Origin: Podarcis tiliguerta
Taxonomy: Eukaryota
NCBI GenBank assembly: GCA_965153285.1
Contig: OZ229111.1
Length of the DNA: 64,000 nt
Reading direction: 5' to 3' (one strand)
The notes under the pieces: generated by a model
The model's input: only the letters and a program-made list of their open reading frames with translations
The model's database searches: none
Told to the model about the DNA's origin: nothing
Position numbers and translations under genes: made by a program
Shown here: positions 35,101-46,848 of the stretch, one piece after another
Layout of the letters: each line of letters starts with the position of its first letter
Numbering within the stretch: the first letter of the stretch is position 1

Positions 35101-37963
35101 CCTTTTTGTCAATTTTGCACGACCCTTTGCAAAGAATAAAGCAGGCACAAGAGTATTGCAGCCAAGAAGAAGGCTACATGCCTAAAGGCAGTAGCAGCCA
35201 GTGGAGTGGATGGCATTGTGCAGGCCAGCAGTGGAGCCAATGCAACCCTCCCAACACTTTGCCCCTTCATTCTCGGTTACTGGTAGTGATCACCATGTTG
35301 GGAAGCCAGGAGAGGAACACACCCCGCACTCTGCCCCTATCGGGCTCTGCTAAATATCACACACACGTTCTCTCCCTTTGTAGTGGAACAAATATTAGCC
35401 ATATGTACTATATGCTACCATCTCATGCCTGGGTGTTACTGCAGCAGTACAATCTCCAATCCTGAGCTGAACATTGGGAGGGAGGGGGCAGGAAGACTGC
35501 TGCCTGCCAACTTGACAATGATCTTACTAAACTTATAAAGCAAATGAATTATACAGCACCAATTAACCGCATCGGAAAGGCATTTTCTAAGCCATATTCA
35601 CAATTCTAATATTGCAGTGACGGTCATAATTATAAGACTAATATGTTGCCAGACCACAAGCCCTGAATATGAATGCACTGAAGGACCCAATTGCAATTTT
35701 AATGCAATTTTAAGACCCACTCATGGCAACAGTATAGGATTCAGAGAGCAAAACAAAGGCATGCAAACTACTTCAATGACCAAATTACTGTAAAAAGCTA
35801 CTGCCTTCAATCACACAGATTGAAAAATCTGAAACCCCACACTTTTAAGCTGCCTCTGCTTGCACTCACACAATCATATAGAGATAATCATGAAGACACA
35901 CGTCACATAAATCCTGGTGCTCACTGGATGTGATTTAATAAGAGAGGAACTGTAGCTCAGGGGTAAATGGTATACTTTGCATGCAGAAAGTCTCAAGTTC
36001 ACAGGAACAGAAGAGCCCTGCTGAATCAGACCAAAAGCCCACCTAGTCCGACATCCTGTTCCCAGACTGGCCGGACAGAAACCTATGAGAAGCCCACATG
36101 AGCATAACAGCACTTTTCCCGTTTGTGTTCCTCAGCAATGGCGTTCATACTGCCTTCAGTACTGGAGACAGCACAGAGCCATCATGACTAGTATCTGATA
36201 GCTTTATCCTCCATGAATTTGTCTCACCACCTTTTGAAGTCATCCAAGTTGGCAATCATCACTACATTCTGCAGCAGCAAATTCTGCTACGTTTAACTAT
36301 GTACTGTGTCTGTTCTGTTCAATTCTTTGCTTAGGCAGAGGTGTCTAAGACTCTATTCCAACTGGCAGTGGCTCTCTAGACAATATTTGACTAGATCCAG
36401 TGGTAGCTCTTTGTATATTGTGGGTCTGTAACTCTCATCAATCCCAGCCAGCAGGGCCAAAAGGCAGGGACAGCAGGAGCTGTAGTCCAGCAACATCTGG
36501 AGAACCACAGATTAGACATACTGGGGCTGTATAGCCCAGTGCTCTGTCTCTTGTGTAAAGCTTCTTCATGTGCAAGGTTTTCTGAGAACATTAGTGATGT
36601 GTTCAGATTTGGGGAGTTTTCATGGGAACAGTACAAGCACTCTCCCTATAAGGGCGTCCACAGACTCATTCCTATGCAACAGGGGTTCCCATTTGCTCAA
36701 AGCCTGTAAGAATTCTCCCATACAAAAATTTGCATTAGAAAATAATAGAAGCTGTGCTTGATCCTTTGGGGAGAACACAGGATTTTGTCATCTGCTTTCT
36801 GTTCTCTGTGACCTGAATAACACAATGGCTAAGAGCCAAACTGCACAACTACATGTTATGCAGGGGATTTTCGACTAATAATTCAAGTGTGTGTGTGTCT
36901 GGATCAGAACAGTGGCACTGGGCAAGAGTTTTAATTGAACCTCTCCCCTCACACCAATTCCCCAAGCTAATAAACCCCTTGTCCCTCAGGGGACTAGCAC
37001 TGCTGCTCTGATCAAATTAACTCCTCCCTCCCAATCACAATGGCTCATCCTAGAAGTGAAAATCAATGTGCTGGAAGATTCATCACAGTTCTCCTGAGTA
37101 AATTGAAGGCTGGCTCTCAGAGTGAGAGCTTGGGAGTCTCCAAATCTCAGCCCCAACAACGTTTATCTCACTTTGAGCAGCACATAGTCATAGGTTCCCT
37201 ATAAATAATAAATACTATCAAATGTCTGTAATTATGAGAAAATAGTGATCCTGACCTGCCTTGTAGAGCTAAAGCCGCTTGAACAGGAACGAACACACAC
37301 ACACACACACACACCCCTGGATGTTATTAGGAAAGGTTTGTGACCGACGGCTGACAAATATGTGATTTGTTCATACTGGCTCTATTTTTCCAGGAGTCTC
37401 TAGAACCAAAGCCTGAAAGGAATTTCTGCTTAGAATTTCATAACCAGGCAGCCCACTAATCAGGATGAAGCCTTGACATCTGACCCATCTATTCTTGTCA
37501 GATGCTGGTAAGATTTTGTCCACCCCCACCCCCGTGGGGAGCGTTTCTGTAACTTGCCTTTAAGATGAACTCCCAGTAAACACGCATTTCAGAGCCAGGG
37601 GGGGGGGGTCAAGGGGAACACACAGGGAGAAAAGATGCTCTTGGACACGGGCACAGAGGGCACACATTCGCTGAAGTTGCATTTGCGTGTAACGTGTTGC
37701 TGGCGGTTGCCTCACCATATATAGAGGGGTGGAAGGAAGTGTATTAGCGACGATGAATGCTGCCCTAATGCTAACCAGGGGAATGAGGAGCACAGCGCGG
37801 AGGGGCTGGGGGAGGAAAGAGAAGGAGAGGCGTCTTACCAGCCATTGATCTCATTCTGGGCATTCACCTCCACCCCCTTGTCGAGCAGCGTCTGCACCTC
37901 CTCTAGGTCGCCTAGGGCAGCAGCTTCCCTGAGCCTCTCCTCCAGCTCCAGGTGGCTGCTCAT
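29025..37963 (-). CDS. ANKRD40CL: Full-length ANKRD40 paralog (ANKRD40CL/C17orf73 syntenic position), complete spliced CDS, 358 aa
   Basis: complement(join(37839..37963,34305..34453,32624..33106,30964..31139,29025..29168)) = 1077 nt, open, all GT-AG. Same intron phases as ANKRD40. Lies tail-to-tail with LUC7L3 as mammalian ANKRD40CL does; symbol assigned from synteny. Confidence 0.88.
29603..29721 (+). mobile_element. SINE with tRNA-like head and CR1-derived tail (second copy 61828-61950; tail-only pieces ~17393-17494, ~17660-17740, ~38868-38946 minus)
   Basis: GTAGCTCAGTTGGTTAGAGCATGGTGCTGATAAC head followed by TTCCTGCATTGCAGG...GGACTAGATGA...CCTTCCAAC...ATGATTCTATG. Confidence 0.8.
30964..31139 (-). 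CDS. ANKRD40CL: ANKRD40-like exon 4 (ELVLKVRVQNPKENDFIEIELDRQELTYQDLLRVSCHELGINPEQVEKVRKLPNTLIRK)
   Basis: tatag|AA acceptor and AAG|GTAAGG donor; 176 nt; ANKRD40 C-terminal domain. Confidence 0.93.
32624..33106 (-). CDS. ANKRD40CL: ANKRD40-like exon 3 (VEECDNQ ... LQPLLLTGTFSYNMQ)
   Basis: Pyrimidine tract with gaag|TG acceptor; CAAG|GTACTG donor; 483 nt open, phase 1/1. Confidence 0.88.
34305..34453 (-). CDS. ANKRD40CL: ANKRD40-like exon 2 (TCLHWACKRNHTQVVSYLLDSRADKEIFTVNGELAAHLTSKKEIRKLLG)
   Basis: tttacag|G acceptor and GGAG|GTATAC donor; 149 nt, same length as ANKRD40 exon 2. Confidence 0.93.
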
Positions 37964-38420
37964 CCTCTCTCTGCCCCCCCTTCCCCTTCCTGGGGGGCTG
38001 ACCCAGAAGTGCCCCTTGCACACACACCCCCCCTTGCAGGGATCTCTCGCTCCGGGAGCGGGAATTCCTGCTGCTGCTGCTGCTACCGCCGCCGCCGCTA
38101 GAGCAGCTCCTCCTTGCCCAGCTCCCTCTCCTCTGCGGGACTCTATTCTCAGTGACACACCAGGCAGAAGCCTCCTACGTGCCCAGGCAGAGCTGGGCCG
38201 GTCGAAAGGTGGGCTGGGGAAAGAGCGGGGAGAAATCCCTCCGAAGGTGTCAGGGGGCCTGTCCGCAGGCGAGGGATTCAGGAGCGAGCAGGGAGGGCAG
38301 CCGCCTCTTAGAACGCGCTCGGATTAGTGATGCTGAGCCCCGTTCCCCTGGCAACGAAGGAATTCTGAGAGATGATGTGTACCAGGAGGAGCCTCAGCCG
38401 CGGCCAGAGCCCAAATGCTT
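37780..38420 (-). promoter_or_regulatory. GC-rich promoter / first exon region of the ANKRD40-like gene
   Basis: GC/CpG-rich; (GCG)n(GCA)n run at ~38068-38098; X-box-like GTTCCCCTGGCAAC at 38342-38355. Confidence 0.65.
37839..37963 (-). CDS. ANKRD40CL: ANKRD40-like exon 1 (MSSHLELEERLREAAALGDLEEVQTLLDKGVEVNAQNEING-W)
   Basis: ATG at 37963 (gagaggATGa); TG|GTAAGA donor; 125 nt; GC-rich first exon. Confidence 0.92.
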
Positions 38421-38574
38421 CTAACAGCAGCAACAAATTACAGCACAGGGGTTTGAACAATGTGCAGGAGCTCCTCTTGAAGTGGCTTTCTAAGGTTGTT
38501 TCTGAAGGTTTGTGCAGAACCTTGCCATAGCCAACTGATTTTAATTATCCTGGTTTTTGTTTTTGTTGTTGTTG

Positions 38575-38680
38575 TTATAATAATAATATAATACAATTTT
38601 ATTTATATCCCGCCCTCCCCAGCCGAAGCCGGGCTCAGAGTGGCTAACAACAACAAAAGTAAATACAATTTACATAAAAT
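38575..38680 (-). mobile_element. Short L2-type LINE 3' tail
   Basis: TTTATTTATATCCCGCCCTCCCC...GGGCTCAGAGTGGCTAACAAC next to an (AAT)n tail; resembles the reverse of the 46.8-kb L2 end. Confidence 0.65.
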
Positions 38681-41600
38681 TGTTTTTTTAAAGGGCAATG
38701 AGTGGGTAAAAAAGCATTTCTAAGGAAAGCAATTCCTCACAAACCACTTGCTGAAAGCATAAGATGAACGCGTCACATGCCAGTGACCTGCCTCCTTATT
38801 TACACGCTTTGAAGAGAAACCTGGGGCCACGATTTGGACCACAATTCAGTGAGTCTTGCCATACTTAAGAATTGTAGAATTGCAGAGTTGGAAGGGACAC
38901 CCCCACAAGGGTTATCTAGTCCAACCCCCTGCAATGCAGGAATCTTAAACAGACCACTGATTTAAATCCGATTTATATCCAACTGTATATGCATCCCTAA
39001 GGAACCTAATTGTACAAATTGTAGCAGTGCATTTCAACCCCTAATACATGTTTACGTGGAAGCAAGTCTCATTGTCTTATGGGAGTACATGTGCACAGGG
39101 ATTACAGGTTTAGACAAGAATATGAAGACGTCAGTGAATCTCTGGGAAAAAGGACACCCATTAACTTCAGTGAGTCCGAAAACATGCCATAATATACAAC
39201 AATATAAAATAATAGACATATAAAAGTCCAGCGACCAAACAAACACACCCACCCAAGGGTGTAGAAGACAATTGTGAAGGTTTTTCCACTTCAAACGATG
39301 GAACAAAAATGGTTGAATGTTTTGGAAAATGTGAGCAGCAAAAAATAAAATAAAACCCAGAAGCGGTCAGAAACTGCATTATTGAATTGTTTTTAGTTAA
39401 TTTGCCATTGGCAGGAAATGGGATGTAAGGGGATGAGATGGATGTTGTTGCTAAATTACGGCTATGTTAAATCTTGGATTTCTCCACTGTTTTCTATGGC
39501 CAGTTCTCCAACCTGGGGTCAAACAAAAAGTTCTAAAGGAATCAGAAGTTTGTCAAATTGTGTGAGCCTATCAATTTAGGCTATAGGCAAAAGCAGTCAA
39601 GGCATGGAAGACCAATTGGGGTGGGTTGGGGAACAGAAGTAAGGTTTTTCCTTCTGTTCTCATTTGTGAATAACAGTTGAATCTTTTCTCTGCTCACATA
39701 CAGAGAACGAGAACAATGCCATATTTATTTCTAGTTTGTGTTATGTATGGCTTGTCTTTAAAACAAATCAACAAAATAAAGAAAGTTTAAAGGGAGGAAT
39801 GGAAGGCTGGCTGAGAGCAGTTAAGACATGGAATGCTGGGAGTGAAAGGAAAATGAGGGGACAGAGGAAGAGAGGAAAATGGCCTGCTCACATCCCTAAC
39901 ACCTTCCAGTTAGTTCCTGGAAGTGGGGATTAGGGTTGTGTGAGGATGTGTGACATGGATTTTTCTTTTTTAAAAACCTGCAATTTCTGTTCCAAATGGG
40001 AACATTTTACAAGAAAAGAAAGGAAACTTCTCTTTCCCACACTCCAGAGACAGCCAGTCCCCACCACCACGACACAACTACTGTATATAGCAATAACATA
40101 CTCAGATTTGTGACTGGCCAACCTCAAAACTGAACCTTCTATCTCTTTGGTAAGATATTTATGTAACCTAGAACAGCAGGGAAAGGGCAGGGAAGTATCC
40201 TTTCTCCAGGCCTAAACAAAAACAGTCCTAGGCTAGCTTAGGGGGTGCAGATACCCTGCAACATTTGTCTTAGGTAACATAGACTACAGATACATAAAGA
40301 TAATATACTTTCTGGATTAAACAGTGATGAAGTAGCCTTTCCCAGGACTTTGGAAGGAGTAATGAGACTTTTAGAATAAGCCTTCACTGAATAATAATAG
40401 CAAGATGCCGTCAATGTGCACGCAATCTCTGTAGGACAAGGTTCTGTTTGTGGTGCTAACATTGCTCTGTAATGTGCTACGAACAGTGGCAGTGCTATAA
40501 AAATAACTGAAACTACAACAGAGTAGTGAAGCTGTCATCCTGGGTGAGGTATGTGTGAAAAAATGCTTGTTTTCCAAAGCTATATGAAGGGATTGCAATG
40601 TGCAAGTCTCCCTCTCTCTCGAGCCACTAGAGGTCACAAGAGAACAATAAAAACAGATTTCAAACCACCCATCTTGCTATTTCACCAAAAGCTGCTTTTT
40701 TACACTATTTACATAAGTGTTTGGGGTGGGGGTGCACTACTAAACAGTTTATAAATGTATTGTATGGCCTGTTGTAATATGATGGTACAAACTTATTAGT
40801 TCAAATCCTGTTCAATTATTTTAAGATATCAGACTGTTTAATATTTGAGGAAAGCAGTATTTTTAGTGGTTGATTATGAATTACTGAAATTCTTTCTTAA
40901 AGTTGCATCTTCCTTGTTTGTATCTTTCAAGTTTTGAATATAATTTTAAAAATAAATTGAAATGCCATATATTTTAAATTCATATTTATATCTCGTCAGG
41001 AATCAAAATGTTGGTGTATGAATAGGGTTGCATTAGGTCTCCTCCTGTGACCTTACCTGCAACTTTACCTGAGACACTAAAAATCAGAAGGTGGAACTTT
41101 CCCTGCCACCCATCTCTGTACCAGGAAAACACCTGGTGATAATGAAATGAAAGACCCGTAAAAATGTGGCCAACTGAATATATCTTATATCGTCCAGCAA
41201 CAAAACGTTGATGAGGATTTCTAATTTTGCTCCCAGATCTATTTTGAAAATCTGAACGTAAAAAGTGCTCATCATTTTTATTTAAAGGATTTTTAAGTAA
41301 GGGACTCAAATTGTTGTTTTTTAATCCTAGGGGTGCTAGATTATTGTATTATGAATATTTCTCCATCTCCACCGGCATATTTTGGGCCTTCATCACAGAC
41401 TTGTGATCCTTCGTGTGTTGTTGTTGTTGTTTTCCATTTTAACTCTCATCTGTGTTTATGCTGCTTTTAAATAAAAACAGACAGCAATTACTCCCAGAGT
41501 AACTATTCTGATCTGATAATATGTTCCCTTTCTGGCTCCTCTTGCATCTTGCCTACAATCACAGCTGTCTGAACTCTTTTTGTCGCTGAGTCACACATGC

Positions 41601-44600
41601 TCTCACATCACTCAAGCCGTATCATTTTGACAGGGGGACAGAGGCAGAATTGTCACTTCTCTGGGTATCTCCTTGACTGTACTTCTCCAATGTTTCTTTT
41701 TCCCTTTGCCCAAATCATTTGCCTGTGAACTCCTTACTTCCCTTTTTCCTCTGCGGATGACTTTCTTATCGGAGAATGCTATCTATGAAAGCCTACTACA
41801 TCTAGAGGCAGGATCTCTTCTGTGGTGATGGCTACCTTGAGCCAGACCATTTGGTTCCTCTAGCTCAGTATTGTCTGCACCGACAACTGCAGCGTATCTT
41901 CTGGGTGTCGGAGAGGAATCAATTTCCAGCCCTGCCTGGAGAGGATGGAAACTGAACCTTCGACATGCACAGCTAAGGCTCTTCTCGCCCACCTGTCATC
42001 AAATGAGTCACTAAAATATACAGGTGTGGACCCCGCCCCCCAGCAATACACATATTCTCTGAAGGAGCACAATACCTTTGAGGTTCACTTTCAGCACTGT
42101 TAATTACAGTTTTTTTCTTAGGCAGTACAATTTTCCCGCTCACATAAGTCAGTGTGGGAGAGGATTAGTGGAGTGTTTATTTGACTTCAGGCGGCTGGCT
42201 GCCACTCCTGTGCTACTCACTCCTGAGCCTTGATCCTCTAAATGACCCAATATTCTTAAAAACCAGAACTCACAGTACATTCCACAAGTAAGCGTGCCGT
42301 ATCACGAGATGTTTGTTTCTTTTTTTGTGAGCCTCTTCCCTCCCACCTCCTTTTCCCCCCCTGGTCAGTATTCAGTTAAGCTCTCAGCTTTATTCTCTAA
42401 AGTATTTGCTCCTTACACAGCTCTTTCTTCTAAATGCAATTTATCCATGTGTGCGCTAAACAAACATTGCATCTGCCTTGAATGTGGAATTCAATTTGCC
42501 AACCTCCGTCAATCTAAGCTAAAGTCATCAACAGTTCAAAATGCTCTTTCCAGGTATTATCAGCTGCTATGTCACACACCAAAATGAAGATTTACTGGCA
42601 CGACTATTACGCTAACAAAAAAGTGCTGGACCTCAAACATTTGGGATTGTCATTATTATTATTTAACACCTCAAAAGCTAGAAAATGATTTTTTAAAAGA
42701 AGTAACAGATTCCCAGTTGTGTAGATGTTTCCTCCACCTGTGTGACATGGGTGCTTGAGGGTTGTTTGTTGAACAGCCAAGGGAAGCTGCAATGTGACCA
42801 GAAGGTTATAAGAAGGGCATTGTAGTACAGTAGTTAGAGTGCTGGACTTGACCAAGGTCGACTGGTTTCAATTTCCCAGTAAGCCATGAAGCTCACTAGC
42901 TGTCATCAGGTCAATTTCCTAAACTATCTCACAAGTTGGTTGTGAGAATAAAGAGAGGACTACGTACGTTCATCAGAGCTTCTTGGAGGAAGGACAAAAT
43001 AAAAATCTCAAAGATTGCACCATAGCAAATAACATCTAACTCCCCCCCCCCCCCCCAGAATCTGCTTTCATTTTGTCCTGATGGGGGGAAAATCTGGATA
43101 TACCCATATTTGACGTGCAAAGGCAGAGTTTGGAGGGATTTTAACAAGGAAAAAAAGAGATCTCAAGCAAGAGTTAAGCCACACTCTCCTCCCAATGATC
43201 TTTTGCTCCTGATTGCAGCTTACTGCAGCTGCTTTGGGTAAAACAACAACAACAAAAACCTCAGGGAGAACATTGATGTGACTGAGCATCCAGTTTGACC
43301 CCAAGTCTAAAGAAAGTGGAAGACCGGCTGACAATACAGCACACCAAGAAAAGAAAATAACAGCTAAAATGTGGTGATGCAAAGCCCTTACTGTTTAAAA
43401 AAACAAGCTTATTGGAAAGGAAATGTCCCTTGTGTCTGTTGTTATAGCAAATGCACTATCCCAAATCGCTGCCCGTTGACATGATTATGTCGGAATTGGA
43501 GGCACGAGCATGCAAAATGATCAGGAGGGGCCAGCTCCCAAATCAAGAAAACAGACCTGGATTGCTTCCACGCTAGAGCCCTTTAGTGCTGCCAGGGCAT
43601 TGCTTTCCCACAATTAGCTGGAAGCAGAAATAAAACGAAGGTCTTACGCAAGCAATATAGGGTTATTATCCCCTCCCCGTAGCCATGATTCTCCTATAAC
43701 ATAAGCTACACTAATTACAAGAGTCATGCCTATGTAATTAAAGGGTTTGGCTGGCTAGGTGCTCTTTGGTTCTGTATGCCCCAACCCCCTTCCCCACTCT
43801 CCCATTAGTGGGCCCCCTGATATCATTTAAAATAAAATGTGTATCCTGCTTTTCTGTCTGCGAACAAGCACTGAAAACAGCTTGCAATACACCATTAAAA
43901 ACAAATCAACCAAAAACTAGAAGCCTATAAAAGGAGACAGGAACAGCAGCTCAGCCTTCACTATAAATTCCAGGACATAAACCCCCACAGGCCAAATGCC
44001 TGTTGAAATAAGCGGATCTTCATGGGTTGGGGGTGGGGGTGAAAAACCACCAAGAAGTGGCTAAGAGAGAGCCAGAACGTTAGTGTGGTTACAAAGAAGG
44101 TACTCTCTCATGTCCCCTCCAGTTACACTTCCAAGGCACCATACCCATAATGCATGGTGGGAGCTTATGTGGCTTGTGGGCTTTGTGGTCAGCATAGACT
44201 CCTAGAGGTAAAAGCACCACCCACTTCCTCTGTGTGAGAAACACAAGCAGCTGCCACGTGTGGAGGAAAGGAAAGTGGTTAAGGTCTGAGCCATCAGAGT
44301 TTCCTTATTATACTGTAAGGGAAAGCAGGAGGGAATCACTCTGTGGTTATGAGTATTTTGAGTGCACTGACACCTTGGGGAGCAACAAAAGGTGTTGAGA
44401 AGTCCTAGTCTGAACTATGGGCTCCCCTTCTCTGGCGAGGCAACATGGCAAGCATTTCTCCTTCCAGGAGAGGAGCTGAGATTGCTGGTGGGTGTTTGTG
44501 TCTAGAGTTCTGCAGAAGACTGTGTGAAAGGATTTGAGGAGGAGAAGATGTGCTATTCGGCCTAACTAAGTGCAAAGTGCTCCATTTCCACAGAGTGCCC

Positions 44601-45030
44601 TTTCGCCAAGCTCCCTCACAGTTCTGCAGGCATGTTGGGAGTGACATAGCCCACCGGCATGCGTCTTAATATGTGATCTGGACTTAGCTACTTCAGGTGC
44701 TATACTGTGATTGTGGTTCATTGGAACACGTTTGCGGTGGCAGGAGCAGGCAGTTGTCTGGGGTTCCCCATGAGTGCTTTGATGTACACTATCTCTTTTG
44801 CTGGTATAACACTGCGTTATTACTCAGGCCAGAAAACACCTCCATCCTCTTTGCCCTGGTGGTGTTGCACTTTTGGTACATTTCGCAAATGCTATGCTAG
44901 CACAGTTTCATTGTTACACAACGTAAGTTCTCCTTCTGCCAGAACAGTTGAATCAAGCAGTAGTGACTCTCATCCAAGCTGGCATAAGGCAAGGAAAACC
45001 CGATTGCCATTTGTTCCAATTCAGCAGTAA

Positions 45031-45182
45031 AGAATCATAGAATGGTGGAGTTGGAAGGGATCCCAAAGGTCATTTGGTCCCACCCTGGGCAATGAGGGAA
45101 TCTCAACTAAAGCATCCAAGACAGATGGCCATCCAACCTCTTAAAAACCTCCAAGGAAGGAGAGTCCACAACTTCCAGAGGA
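45031..45182 (-). mobile_element. CR1 LINE 3' end
   Basis: Minus-strand LPLEVVDSPSLEVFKRLDGHL (CR1 ORF2 C-terminus) and ATTCTATGATTCT tail. Confidence 0.85.
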
Positions 45183-45517
45183 AGAGTGGGTTTTCTCTGA
45201 GGAAAAGCAGCAGGGCCCTTGGGTGAGCCCTTGGAGTGGGACAGTACTTGCAGTGTGTGCAAGCCTGGATGGGAAACCATCAATAGTAGCTTTATGTGGT
45301 CACTGTATGCATGACCATTTAGCTCTGCAGAAATAGTGTATGTATGGCCGAGGACAAACACTTATTCTACCACGGCGTGCTTTACCCTGATCAAGACTAG
45401 CCCGGGCCCAAAACAGGTCCTGCTTGTGGTTGTCCCATGATCAATAAAACCTTGTGTATTCACTAACTGTGTAGCAGATATGCACCAGTGTGACAGATGG
45501 GATGCAAGCCGATGTAG

Positions 45518-46848
45518 TTGGGATTCAGGCCTCATCATGGGACTGAAACTGCCTTGGTTGCACTAGTCAATGATTTCCAGCGGGCTAGGGACAAAGGTGA
45601 GAGCTGTTTCCTAGTTCTGCTGGATCTCTCAGCGGCTTTTGACATCATCAACCATAACATCCTTCTGGACCATCTAGAGGGGCTGGGAGCTGGGGGCACT
45701 GTCATACAGTGGTTGCGCTCCTTCCTCCTGGGCCGTGTTCAGAAAGTGGGGGGGGGGGTGATGAGTGTTCAGACCCCTGGGCTCTCACTTGTGGGGTGTC
45801 TCAGGGTTCTGTCCTCTCTCCATGCTTTTCAACATCTACATGCAGCCGCTGGGAGAGATCATCAGGGGGTTTGGGCTGGGTGTTTATCAGTATGAGGATG
45901 ATACCCAGCTCTACTTCTCTTTCAAATCGGAACCAGTGAAGGCCGTGAAGGTCCTGTGTGAGTGTCTGGAGGCGGTTGGAGGATGGATGGCGGCTAACAT
46001 GTTAAGGTTGAATCCTGACAAGACAAAAGTATTGCTTGGGAGGGACAGGGGGCAGGCAGTTCCCAAATGGGACAACTGTGCTCCTGGTCCCAAATGGGAA
46101 ACTGTGCTCCTGAAGGACCAGGTGCACAGCCTGGGAGCCATTTTGGACTCACAGCTGTCCATGGAGGCACAGGTCAATACTGTGTCCAGGGCAGCTGTTT
46201 ACCAGCTCCATCTGGTACGCAGGCTGAGACCCTATCTGCCTGTGGACTGCCTCACCAGAGTGGTGCATGCTCTGGTTATCTCTCGCTTGGACTACTGCAA
46301 TGCACTCTATGTGGGGCTACCTTTGAAGGTGACCCGGAAACTACAACTAATCCAGAATGCGGCAGCTAGACTGGTGAGTGGGAGCAGCTGCTGAGACCAC
46401 ATAACACCGGTCTTGAAAGACCTACATTGGCTCCCAGTACGTTTCCGAGCACAATTCAAAGTGTTGGTGCTGACCTTTAAAGCCCTAAACGGCCTCGGTC
46501 CAGTATACCTGAAGAAGCATCTCCACCCCCATCATTCTGCCCGGACACTGAGGTCCAGCGCCGAGGGCCTTCTGGCGGTTCCCTCACTGCAAGCAGCCAA
46601 GTTACAGGGAACCAGGCCAAGGGCCTTCTTGGTAGTGGCACCCGCCCTGTGGAACGCCCTCCCACCAGATGTCAAAGAGAACAACAACTACCAGACTTTT
46701 AGAAGACATCTGAAGGCAGCCTTGTTTAGGGAAGCTTTTAATGTTTGATGGATTACTGTATTGTAATATTTTGTTGGAAGCCACCCAGAGTGGCTGGGGA
46801 AGCCCAGCCAGATGGGCGAGGTATAAATAAATTATCATCATCATCACC
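45518..46848 (+). mobile_element. 5'-truncated L2-clade LINE (RT C-terminal part plus 3' UTR), frameshifted
   Basis: GFRPHHGTETAL, LLDLSAAFD, QGSVLSP, YEDDTQLY, SRLDYCN and LHWLPVRFR motifs spread over several frames; ATAAATAAA plus (ATC)n tail. Confidence 0.93.

Noticed and set aside
29025-37963. Idea that the second ANKRD40 is a haplotype or assembly duplicate, or a processed pseudogene
   Set aside because: It keeps introns, has many amino-acid differences and a highly diverged exon 3, and has no stops or frameshifts.
37964-38158. 65-aa Ala/Gly-rich N-terminal extension of the ANKRD40 paralog in the ORF track
   Set aside because: It starts at a non-ATG codon and runs through GC-rich 5' UTR with a trinucleotide repeat; the ATG at 37963 aligns with the ANKRD40 start region.
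45518-46748. Three long ORFs suggesting a reverse transcriptase gene or novel RT system
   Set aside because: Frameshifted, 5'-truncated L2 retrotransposon with a degenerate catalytic motif (YEDD) and an in-frame stop.
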